From the NCBI GenBank assembly GCA_964585065.1, contig CAZPCB010000001.1, positions 226,866 through 290,865 on the forward strand: a stretch of 64,000 nucleotides of DNA. Direction: 5' to 3'. This DNA comes from an uncultured Candidatus Saccharibacteria bacterium (GTDB lineage Bacteria > Patescibacteriota > Minisyncoccia > SW-4-49-11). How positions within the stretch are numbered: the first letter of the stretch is position 1; each line of letters starts with the position of its first letter. Made by a program: the position numbers and the translations under genes. Shown here in pieces: positions 30,026 to 37,951 of the stretch. Below the pieces are notes generated by a model that was not told the DNA's origin, ran no database searches, and saw only the letters and a program-made list of their open reading frames with translations.

Positions 30026-31163
30026 AGAAGCCGAAGCGGAGCTTTACTGTTCCCCCAAACCCTGAGCGGGTATTGGAGTCGAGTCCCAGCACATAGGCTG
30101 GCACCACCTGAATAGCCGTATTGCGGCTGAGATTCAGGGTGATGGGGGCTCCGAGTTCAACTCGACTAGTGGAGTTATCACGGCCGAGGCCATAAAGAAC
30201 TCCCTTTGCCTGAAGCTGGACCTGCAGCTTCGAATTGGCATCCCCCACCAGATTAGGTGTGGTGACCTCGGGATAAAAATATCCTCCGTCAGTATTCACA
30301 CCCCCCTGGACATACAGATTCCAGGGATTCTTGGAGTTGCCGGGGCGAATACCGCCTTCGCCGAAGGCGTCATAGCCTCCATTGGCGAAATCGTATTCGC
30401 CACCTGCACCAATCCAAGGATTGGCGGAAGACTTGGGGTCCAGGCGATGCCGAATCCGGGCTCGGATACCGACATCAGTCTGAGGCTTATCCGACTTCCA
30501 TTCACCGGAATAAAGATCATCGGGGCTTTTCCAAGTCCCATTAGCATTATTCTGCTGGAAACGGACAAAGGGACCAGCATTCCACTCGGTAGTGGAAGAC
30601 CAGCCTCTCAGAGCCCCATAGATATCCAGCTTACTGGAATCATAGGAGCAAGTACCTCCCGGACCTGCTGGGCAAGTTCCCGAGCTTTGATAGCCGGTAA
30701 CTTGCATCAGGAAAGGTTTCCCCTTGGGAGCCAGCGTGACTCCAGCCTTGGAATTGATCTGGCTGGGAGTGCTACTGTACTCTGCCTCCCCCCTGATATT
30801 GGTGTTATTACCACCGAACAGGGAGGATTCTCCACCGCCCTTTTGAAAAGGGGTAACAACAGGTCCTGCAACCACAGGATTGACAGATTGTTGTGTCACA
30901 ACCTGAGTTACCGGCAAAACCGGTGGTGGTCCAGGTGGAGCCTGTGACATTTGCGGAACACTTCCAGCATTACGAGCCTCGGCAGCTTCACGCATGGCAC
31001 GAAGCTCAGTTGCTTGCTCTCGTGTGGAGAGTCTCCGAGGCATTTCTGCCTGGATACTGTTAACCGATTGAGGGACTGCAGCCTTCACTTCCGCCTTGAC
31101 ACCCATAGGGGCAAGTAGTGGAAGAGCGATTGCAAACATCCCCAAGATGTTACGATTTTTCAT
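30024..31163 (-). CDS. cassette 4: secreted protein, putative outer-membrane beta-barrel (379 aa)
   Basis: AGGAG SD, signal peptide ending VKA|E, Pro/Gln-rich linker, amphipathic strands, C-terminus GGTVKLRFGF. Confidence 0.7.
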   Translation of the reverse strand: MKNRNILGMFAIALPLLAPMGVKAEVKAAVPQSVNSIQAEMPRRLSTREQATELRAMREAAEARNAGSVPQMSQAPPGPPPVLPVTQVVTQQSVNPVVAGPVVTPFQKGGGESSLFGGNNTNIRGEAEYSSTPSQINSKAGVTLAPKGKPFLMQVTGYQSSGTCPAGPGGTCSYDSSKLDIYGALRGWSSTTEWNAGPFVRFQQNNANGTWKSPDDLYSGEWKSDKPQTDVGIRARIRHRLDPKSSANPWIGAGGEYDFANGGYDAFGEGGIRPGNSKNPWNLYVQGGVNTDGGYFYPEVTTPNLVGDANSKLQVQLQAKGVLYGLGRDNSTSRVELGAPITLNLSRNTAIQVVPAYVLGLDSNTRSGFGGTVKLRFGF

Positions 31164-31191
31164 CGTAAAACTCCTGGTAAAGAACTCTCGC

Positions 31192-31220
31192 ATACTAGCA
31201 TAAAAACACGATTTTGTCAA
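31192..31220 (-). promoter_or_regulatory. promoter of cassette 4
   Basis: TTGACA-17-TAGTAT with TGC extension. Confidence 0.8.
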
Positions 31221-31253
31221 TAGCTAACAACATCTGTTATAGTGTTTGGGGAG

Positions 31254-31285
31254 AAATAAAAAAGCCCCCACAAATTGTGAGGGCT
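31254..31285 (-). terminator. terminator of cassette 3
   Basis: AGCCCTCACA-att-TGTGGGGGCT plus TTTTT on the minus strand. Confidence 0.9.
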
Positions 31286-31301
31286 GATATGAGGAATCTG
31301 A

Positions 31302-32300
31302 TCAGCGATGAAAACGGACCAGGCTCCAGCCTTGTTGAACCCAGGGCTGACCACCTTGATTAATCACCTTGACCCGGGTGTCACGTCCATCAGGAAGAGA
31401 TCCCCATTGAATCCAGGCAATCTTGCCATCGGGAAGCTTGGCACCAAAGGTGCCAGCATCGGTAGCGGAGGAGTTCAGCTGAACTCCAGCTTGGAATGCT
31501 ACTCCTGGCTGAATTGCGATGAATTCGCGTCCTACCGACATACCGCCCTCCCGAGGGAGGAAGAAATATTGCGCCCCGGGAATGGGGGTGGTGGAGAGAG
31601 TGATACGATCATTGCTGACCGTGATCACTGCCGGGAACCTGAGCCCAGAATCTGGCAGACGCCAGATAGGCTCCCTCACCGCCGAGGCGGGAGTCGAGGA
31701 TAAAATCCTCGAGGTAGCCAAGTCCCCACCCGTGAAGATGGGGCCAAAGAATACTCCCCTGCTGGTGGGGACATACCCTTTTGAGGTATGCCCCCACCCA
31801 GCAACTTCCCAGCCTGGTGAACTTACAAGAGTAAGACCACCAGTACCAGCCCCCTTAGGCCCATTGTCGAGCCATTGCCAGCCACCATCAGATTTGACAC
31901 TGATAAGGCTGAAGGCAAGGGGTCCATTGGACCGGAAGTTGATACTCTCCCCATAAGCTCCACAAGGGAGCGCAGAGAGATTTTTCACCTCCTGGTACAA
32001 AGGCACCAGGCAGAAACGCCGAGGCGTACCTGCTGTGGGCCCAGCACCAGATCTTCCAGCAGACCCAAGGGCCTTTTGGTTAATCAGTCTATTAGCCTGA
32101 GGAGCCCAGTCCGAGGGACGGGACCCAGGCTTGGCTGTCACCAACCCTGCCGAGGCTTTGACCTCAGAAGGACTGATAATCACCCTAACCACCCGATTGG
32201 AATTGGGGGTGCTGATTTGGAGCCTCAAAGGCAATGTCTCCGCCTTTCCAGCCGAAGCCAGTAAAACAGAGCCAAGGAAGATGGGAATGAACTTTTTCAT
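31302..32300 (-). CDS. cassette 3: secreted hypothetical protein (332 aa)
   Basis: signal peptide MKKFIPIFLGSVLLASAGKA|E; ATG at 32300 lies downstream of the promoter. Confidence 0.8.
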   Translation of the reverse strand: MKKFIPIFLGSVLLASAGKAETLPLRLQISTPNSNRVVRVIISPSEVKASAGLVTAKPGSRPSDWAPQANRLINQKALGSAGRSGAGPTAGTPRRFCLVPLYQEVKNLSALPCGAYGESINFRSNGPLAFSLISVKSDGGWQWLDNGPKGAGTGGLTLVSSPGWEVAGWGHTSKGYVPTSRGVFFGPIFTGGDLATSRILSSTPASAVREPIWRLPDSGLRFPAVITVSNDRITLSTTPIPGAQYFFLPREGGMSVGREFIAIQPGVAFQAGVQLNSSATDAGTFGAKLPDGKIAWIQWGSLPDGRDTRVKVINQGGQPWVQQGWSLVRFHR

Positions 32301-32326
32301 TAGGATAAACCTATGAAGACGCATAA

Positions 32327-32355
32327 ATAATAGCATATTTAAAGAAAAAAGTCAA
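32327..32355 (-). promoter_or_regulatory. promoter of cassette 3
   Basis: TTGACT-17-TATTAT with ATATGC extension. Confidence 0.8.
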
Positions 32356-32378
32356 GTATTGACAACATTTTAATATAT

Positions 32379-32405
32379 AAAAAAGGCCCCTGCATTGCAG
32401 AGGCT
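32379..32405 (-). terminator. terminator of cassette 2
   Basis: GCCTCTGC-aat-GCAGGGGC plus T tract on the minus strand. Confidence 0.88.
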
Positions 32406-32425
32406 TATTGGACTAAGCTGACACC

Positions 32426-32740
32426 TCAGCGAGGAGATGTCGTCGCTCGAGGAATCTCGAGCAGGCCGTTGCCGGCTGAATCCCTGAGGGATTTCGCCCC
32501 CGGGAACAGAGTGTTCGGTACCCAATTACCGGGTGACACCTCCACCCCATCGGTCACCCAGCACCCATTGCGGGCACACAGGGACTGAGCTTCGGAGACC
32601 GAGGTCCAGGCCCTCGTGGTGGACCCGATGGGTCCGACGGCGACCCTGCCGCTGAGGGACTGAGCCGTGGCGGGAGCCACGGTCAGAAGTGTGGTGCCTG
32701 CCAGCAGAGCGCCGGCGATGAACTTGGTAAGAGTTTTCAT
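32426..32740 (-). CDS. cassette 2: small secreted hypothetical protein (104 aa)
   Basis: signal peptide ending APATA|Q; CxxxxC pair; very GC-rich. Confidence 0.8.
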   Translation of the reverse strand: MKTLTKFIAGALLAGTTLLTVAPATAQSLSGRVAVGPIGSTTRAWTSVSEAQSLCARNGCWVTDGVEVSPGNWVPNTLFPGAKSLRDSAGNGLLEIPRATTSPR

Positions 32741-32765
32741 GGTTTATCCACGAAACGACTTAGCG

Positions 32766-32794
32766 ACTATAGCATATTATATCTTATTTGTCAA
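32766..32794 (-). promoter_or_regulatory. promoter of cassette 2
   Basis: TTGACA-17-TATAGT with ATATGC extension. Confidence 0.8.
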
Positions 32795-32805
32795 GATATA
32801 AAAAC

Positions 32806-32834
32806 AAAAAAATACCGGCAGCTATTGCTACCGG
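32806..32834 (-). terminator. terminator of cassette 1
   Basis: CCGGTAGC-aata-GCTGCCGG plus T7 on the minus strand. Confidence 0.88.
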
Positions 32835-32856
32835 CTTGAGATTGGAAAATAATGTA

Positions 32857-33252
32857 TCAGCAATTCCCGATTGCAAAGCCACCATCTCGCGTCCATTTTT
32901 TGAAGAGGCAACCTCCATTATTATTCCATCCTGAATTAGGCTGTCTCCAATGTTGATTATTATTCCATCCTGGGTTTTGCCACTGATTATTCCAGTTTCT
33001 ATTATTATTCCAATTCCCATTATTTCTAAAAATATGAGTCCTGGTGGATGCATTGAATCCTTGATATCCATCACAAGGTAATCCTTGTGATTCCACAATA
33101 GGACAAATAATAGTGCGTGGACGAATATCGGAGCGAATTATCACCCCATTATATTCAATACTTTCAAAAGATTCACCCCACCATTGAGCTGTTGCTGCCA
33201 TTGGGAATAGAACTGAAATTGCTGTTACAAAAGGGAGAAAGAGCTTTTTCAT
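32857..33252 (-). CDS. cassette 1: secreted Asn/Trp-repeat protein (131 aa)
   Basis: signal peptide ending AATA|Q; NNGNWNNNRNWNNQW low-complexity tract; two Cys pairs. Confidence 0.8.
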   Translation of the reverse strand: MKKLFLPFVTAISVLFPMAATAQWWGESFESIEYNGVIIRSDIRPRTIICPIVESQGLPCDGYQGFNASTRTHIFRNNGNWNNNRNWNNQWQNPGWNNNQHWRQPNSGWNNNGGCLFKKWTRDGGFAIGNC

Positions 33253-33279
33253 GGTAAATAACCAGAAATGTGCCTCTCT

Positions 33280-33308
33280 ACCCTATCATATATATGACAT
33301 TTTATCAA
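33280..33308 (-). promoter_or_regulatory. promoter of cassette 1
   Basis: TTGATA-17-TAGGGT with ATATGA extension. Confidence 0.55.
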
Positions 33309-33314
33309 TAGATA

Positions 33315-34382
33315 TCATTTACTCTGAGATAAAGCTTTAGCTAATATTTTAGCATAACTATGTTGTTGAGTGTATTTTATAATATTTTTTGCAAACTTAT
33401 TCATATCATTTTCATCTATATGAATTAATGTTGTATATAAACTTTCTTCATTATCTTGTATTACTAATCCTAAATTATATTCTTGTATATCCTTACTTAT
33501 ACTAGGATATGGAGTAGTAATAATTGGGAGACCTAATGAAAGATAATCTTTAATTTTCCCTGGATCAGCACAAGATATTTCTAATGTATTCTCATATAAA
33601 GCTATTCCAAAACCAATATGATGCTTCACTACTAATTCTTGTATTTGCTGTTCATCTTGAAATCCATATAAAGTAATATTAGAGCTTGCAGTATTATGAA
33701 TTATTTTCTCAATTTCTTGATACAAATTACCCTTACCTATAAGATGTAGATGATAGTCTGGAGATAATTGTGCAAAAACATTTACCAATAATCGTAAATT
33801 ATGACCTTCTTTAAAATTACCCATAAAGAGTATTTGTCTTGAATCGGGTTTATAGGGAGCAATTTTTTGAGTATGAACCCCTAATGGTACAGTAAATACC
33901 AAAGATTTATTAATATGTTTTTTTTCATGTTCTATAATAATTTGTGAACTCAAAGTCCATACCATATTTGCCCGCTTATATACTGAGGCCTCTATTTTGT
34001 TAATAATATAGCGTGATGAAAGTCTATTAGAATAAAAATAATAATCATAGGCATAATATATTATAGGGATATCCTTAAAATAATCTCGAAGTGAAAGAGC
34101 AATATATCCCTCAAACCAATCTATAGCCAAAATATAATCATAATCTGCATCAAATTGAGATGTCATATATTTCCGTATACTATGATAATGTCCCCAATAA
34201 TATGCTATCTTGGATGTATATGATGAAGTCGATATATTCCCTATATGAGTAGTATAATAATTTTGAGGATATTGGAGGGAAGGGAAAAGGAGATAATGTA
34301 CAGTATGTCCCAAATCTTGAAGACCTTTAATAATATCCTCTGATTTAGCTATATGTTGTCGACCTAATACTAAAATTTTCAT
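33315..34382 (-). CDS. glycosyltransferase (GT4-like)
   Basis: ADPGKIKDYLSLGLPII; FMGN..GHNL. Confidence 0.85.
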   Translation of the reverse strand: MKILVLGRQHIAKSEDIIKGLQDLGHTVHYLLFPSLQYPQNYYTTHIGNISTSSYTSKIAYYWGHYHSIRKYMTSQFDADYDYILAIDWFEGYIALSLRDYFKDIPIIYYAYDYYFYSNRLSSRYIINKIEASVYKRANMVWTLSSQIIIEHEKKHINKSLVFTVPLGVHTQKIAPYKPDSRQILFMGNFKEGHNLRLLVNVFAQLSPDYHLHLIGKGNLYQEIEKIIHNTASSNITLYGFQDEQQIQELVVKHHIGFGIALYENTLEISCADPGKIKDYLSLGLPIITTPYPSISKDIQEYNLGLVIQDNEESLYTTLIHIDENDMNKFAKNIIKYTQQHSYAKILAKALSQSK

Positions 34383-35773
34383 ATACTCGTATCTGATTTA
34401 TTATCTAAACTCTGATAATGTAATACTGCCCCCAATAAAAGGAATAATATCCACATTAATACTGTTCCACGAAGTAAATTATCCCAAAAACTCACTATAT
34501 AAATCACCGTCATCAAGGATGCTAAATATAAAATATAGATATTTTTACCCTGTATATAGCGATAATATAATACTCCTAGAATATTAAGTATTAATATTCC
34601 ATATATCATAAGGCCAATCAATCCTTGTTCTAGGAATATTTTGATATAATCATTATGTACTTCAAGAGAACCTCTAAATGTACCTCGTGTTTGCTCAACC
34701 ATAATTTGAGAACTTCCTGTACCAAAACCTATTATAGGGGACTCCCAGGCTTTTTCATACATATCTGTCCACATAGTTAATCTCCATATCACCGAATCAC
34801 TGGGGTCGGCATTAAATAAGCCTGATACTCTATTAATCACAGGTAAAGTAGTTAGTGGCGGTAAATCTAAAACAGTAGGGGGAGATAAAATCTGATATAT
34901 AGATAATACTAAAGCAATAAATCCTAATCCTATTGATGTAATAATTAAACTTTTACGTGGATATTTAATTAATCCTATTAAGGCAATTAACATGATAAGC
35001 CCAAACCAGGCACCTCGTGTAAAAGTAACCAAAAGAATAATAATATATAATAAGCCAATACTTCCTAATAATCTCTTTTCATCTATTGAAATAGTAGTAT
35101 TCTTATTCAGCCATATACTCCCAATTAATGCAAGGATAATAATAGAATAATACGCAAGTACATTAGGATGTCCAAATGTACCTGCAATACGATTTTCAAA
35201 CCCAGGATTAGTATATAATCCTGTGCCAGAAAAATATTCAATATATGCAACGAATAGTGGAATAATACTCCCATATATAATAACTCTCATTATATTCATT
35301 AATTTATTTTGATGTGAAACATATATCCACCCCACAAAATAGAGCATAATAAAACTCAATACTCTCACTGTTTCCTGTAATCCGACAAACAATGAAATCC
35401 CTGTAAAACTAAAAATAATATATACAAGTACAATCAGTCCTAAACTCCACATTAAAGGGATATGTGAATTATATACTACTATTCGGTGTTTATATATATA
35501 TATGAATGACAATACTATTATCATTATAGCAATAGTAGATCCCAAATTAATAATAGGAAAATCAGGTAATGTAAAAGGGCTAATAATATCTATAGCTGGC
35601 CGTAAAAAAATCAAAGTAAATAAACCTACTTCTAAAGAAATAGATAATATGAATACAAATACCCAACTAAGAATAACTGCCGCAAATATGATACCAGGAG
35701 CATTAAGTAAAATACATATAAGTAAACTTATAGCCCCAAGTCCAATAATTATATTAGAACTTATCTGAGTCAT
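34379..35773 (-). CDS. O-antigen ligase/Wzy-family polymerase
   Basis: many TMs; RIAGTFGHPN, TFTRGAW, HNDY. Confidence 0.88.
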   Translation of the reverse strand: MTQISSNIIIGLGAISLLICILLNAPGIIFAAVILSWVFVFILSISLEVGLFTLIFLRPAIDIISPFTLPDFPIINLGSTIAIMIIVLSFIYIYKHRIVVYNSHIPLMWSLGLIVLVYIIFSFTGISLFVGLQETVRVLSFIMLYFVGWIYVSHQNKLMNIMRVIIYGSIIPLFVAYIEYFSGTGLYTNPGFENRIAGTFGHPNVLAYYSIIILALIGSIWLNKNTTISIDEKRLLGSIGLLYIIILLVTFTRGAWFGLIMLIALIGLIKYPRKSLIITSIGLGFIALVLSIYQILSPPTVLDLPPLTTLPVINRVSGLFNADPSDSVIWRLTMWTDMYEKAWESPIIGFGTGSSQIMVEQTRGTFRGSLEVHNDYIKIFLEQGLIGLMIYGILILNILGVLYYRYIQGKNIYILYLASLMTVIYIVSFWDNLLRGTVLMWILFLLLGAVLHYQSLDNKSDTSI

Positions 35774-36506
35774 ACTCTGTATCTGGACTTATAGATGGGG
35801 GTGGAGTTAAATCAATAATAGGGTTTTCAGCTATTTCATATTCATCAGGAAGTTGTGGGGACACAAAATTATCAACACCAAAATCATATGATATACTTTG
35901 ATCTCGCCTTGCAATAACATATCCAATCGCAATAGAAAATCCTAATAGAGCTGATCCCAAGAGATTAACCAAAATATCTGGCCGCCCAACTCCATCATAC
36001 AAAGATGATTGATTTACAACTTGAATAGTACCTGTTTCTCCAAATAATACCTTTGCCCGTTCAATTAATTTATCCACTACGACTTTATTCATAGTAAGGG
36101 CGAGTTCAGAGGAGACATCATAGGTTGATACTGAGACAAAACCAGTTCCCTTGGCCTCAACAATAATATTACGAGCAAATGCGGTTCTTCTATCCTTCAG
36201 ATTTTCAGGAAATGCATTCTTGATATCAACATTATCAGCAGTAACACTTGCAAAAAATGTATCGGTATATACCAAATTAACTAATAAATCTACTTTTGAA
36301 TTAATTGATCTTTGTGCCGTATAGGAATCAATTTCTGGATTTACTTTCTGAATAACAACAAGTTGAGACTCTCCCCTATATTGTTTTGGTATAATAAGAG
36401 TAATACCCACTCCGACTAATACAAAAATAAGTGTTATAATAATAACCGTATTAAATTTTCTTTGTATTTTGGATATAATATCACCTAAAGTAAGATTGGA
36501 CTCCAT
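35754..36506 (-). CDS. Wzz/CpsC-like chain-length determinant
   Basis: TM-PKQYRGES...TM architecture; upstream of wzy and GT genes. Confidence 0.8.
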   Translation of the reverse strand: MESNLTLGDIISKIQRKFNTVIIITLIFVLVGVGITLIIPKQYRGESQLVVIQKVNPEIDSYTAQRSINSKVDLLVNLVYTDTFFASVTADNVDIKNAFPENLKDRRTAFARNIIVEAKGTGFVSVSTYDVSSELALTMNKVVVDKLIERAKVLFGETGTIQVVNQSSLYDGVGRPDILVNLLGSALLGFSIAIGYVIARRDQSISYDFGVDNFVSPQLPDEYEIAENPIIDLTPPPSISPDTEYDSDKF

Positions 36507-36591
36507 ATATTATGATGTATATTATGATATAGTAAAAGTATAGCATATAAATATAGACAAAACAACTGTATTACAATACCGCTCATATGGA

Positions 36592-36620
36592 TTGACTTTA
36601 TGAGATATATATGCTATACT
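36592..36620 (+). promoter_or_regulatory. promoter of rpmE-prfA-prmC
   Basis: TTGACT-17-TATACT with ATATGC extension. Confidence 0.8.
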
Positions 36621-36655
36621 TATAAACAATTATGTAATGATTAATATATCTATTT

Positions 36656-36877
36656 ATGAAATCTGGTATTCACCCAACCTATTATCATACTACTGTTAAA
36701 TGTATTTCTTGTAGTACTGAATTTGAAATTGGAGCTACAAGAGAAAAAATTTCTATTGAAGTATGTTCAAAATGTCATCCTTTTTATACAGGGAAAAGAA
36801 CTTTAGTAGATACCGCTGGAAGAGTTGAGAAATTCCGAGCTAAATTAGAGAAAAAAGATAAGCTCTCAAATAAATAA
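36656..36877 (+). CDS. rpmE: 50S ribosomal protein L31 (Zn-binding type)
   Basis: MKSGIHPTY, CISC, CSKCHPFYTG. Confidence 0.97.
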   Translation: MKSGIHPTYYHTTVKCISCSTEFEIGATREKISIEVCSKCHPFYTGKRTLVDTAGRVEKFRAKLEKKDKLSNK

Positions 36878-36907
36878 TTACCTCAACTTATATTTAGGGA
36901 CAATAAT

Positions 36908-37951
36908 ATGATTCCCTCCCTACCCGATATTCAAGCAGAATATGAATTATTATCTACCCAAATGTCTGACCCTCAGATATTTGGTAGTCCTGATTTTATT
37001 ACTATTTCCAAAAGACATACTGAGCTTGGAAATCATATTACATTATTACAAAGTATTGAGACAATAAAATCTCAATTAGCTGAGGCTAAAATTCTCCTTA
37101 GTGATCCGGAGATGAAGGAAATTGCCGAGGAGGAAATCACTCGCCTAGAATTAGAATTAACTGAAAAAGAGAATATTTGGAATGATATTATATCCCCCAA
37201 AGAAAGTTTTGCTGATGAAATTATTATAGAAATTCGAGCAGGTGCTGGAGGAGATGAGGCTGGTTTATTTGCTTTAGAATTATTCAAAGCCTATATTAAT
37301 TTTCTTCAAAGAAATGGAGCTAAAACAGAAATATTATCCCTATCAGAGAATTCAGTAGGGGGAATAAAAGAAATTGTTATTGAAGCTCGTGGTGCAGAGG
37401 TATACAAATATCTTCAATATGAAAGTGGAGTTCATCGAGTACAAAGAGTACCCAAAACAGAAAAAGCTGGTCGTGTACATACTTCTACTATTACTGTTGC
37501 CGTATTACCTATTGCCAAAGAAGTTGATATAGATATTAATCCAAATGATTTGAAAATTGATGTATTCCGTTCTAGTGGACCAGGAGGACAAAGTGTTAAT
37601 ACTACTGACTCAGCTGTTCGTATTACTCATATTCCCACCAATGTAGTAGTTTCCTGCCAAGATGAAAAATCTCAGCTCAAAAATAAAGAAAAGGCAATGA
37701 AAATTTTGCGTACCCGTATTCTAGATAGAATGAAGCAAGAACAAGCAGAAAAAGAGGCTTCTTTTCGCAAAAATCAAATTGGAACTGGAGATAGATCAGA
37801 GAAAATCCGTACCTATAATTTCCCTCAAGACCGTATAACTGATCATAGAATTAAGCAAAATTTCTCCAATATAGAAGGAATATTATTAGGTGATTTTAGC
37901 CCTATTTTACAAGCATTCGATGACTATCAAAGAAATAATACAACAGAGTAA
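36908..37951 (+). CDS. prfA: peptide chain release factor 1
   Basis: PKT (PxT) motif, GPGGQSVN, RTYNFPQ. Confidence 0.97.
   Translation: MIPSLPDIQAEYELLSTQMSDPQIFGSPDFITISKRHTELGNHITLLQSIETIKSQLAEAKILLSDPEMKEIAEEEITRLELELTEKENIWNDIISPKESFADEIIIEIRAGAGGDEAGLFALELFKAYINFLQRNGAKTEILSLSENSVGGIKEIVIEARGAEVYKYLQYESGVHRVQRVPKTEKAGRVHTSTITVAVLPIAKEVDIDINPNDLKIDVFRSSGPGGQSVNTTDSAVRITHIPTNVVVSCQDEKSQLKNKEKAMKILRTRILDRMKQEQAEKEASFRKNQIGTGDRSEKIRTYNFPQDRITDHRIKQNFSNIEGILLGDFSPILQAFDDYQRNNTTE

Noticed and set aside
30296-32316. Many overlapping ORFs inside the GC-rich cassettes (30447-30947, 31308-31703, 31519-31956, 31875-32264 and others)
   Set aside because: Expected shadow ORFs in GC-rich DNA; they lack promoters, terminators and protein-like features, unlike the minus-strand genes.
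30024-32740. Chimeric assembly or contamination as cause of the GC jump
   Set aside because: Resident-style AT-rich promoters are interleaved between every GC-rich ORF, which a simple chimeric join would not produce; read mapping is still needed to exclude it.
29624-33308. Integron or CALIN interpretation of the array
   Set aside because: No intI in the window, no repeated attC consensus between genes, and each gene has its own promoter and terminator; only one attC-reminiscent hairpin.
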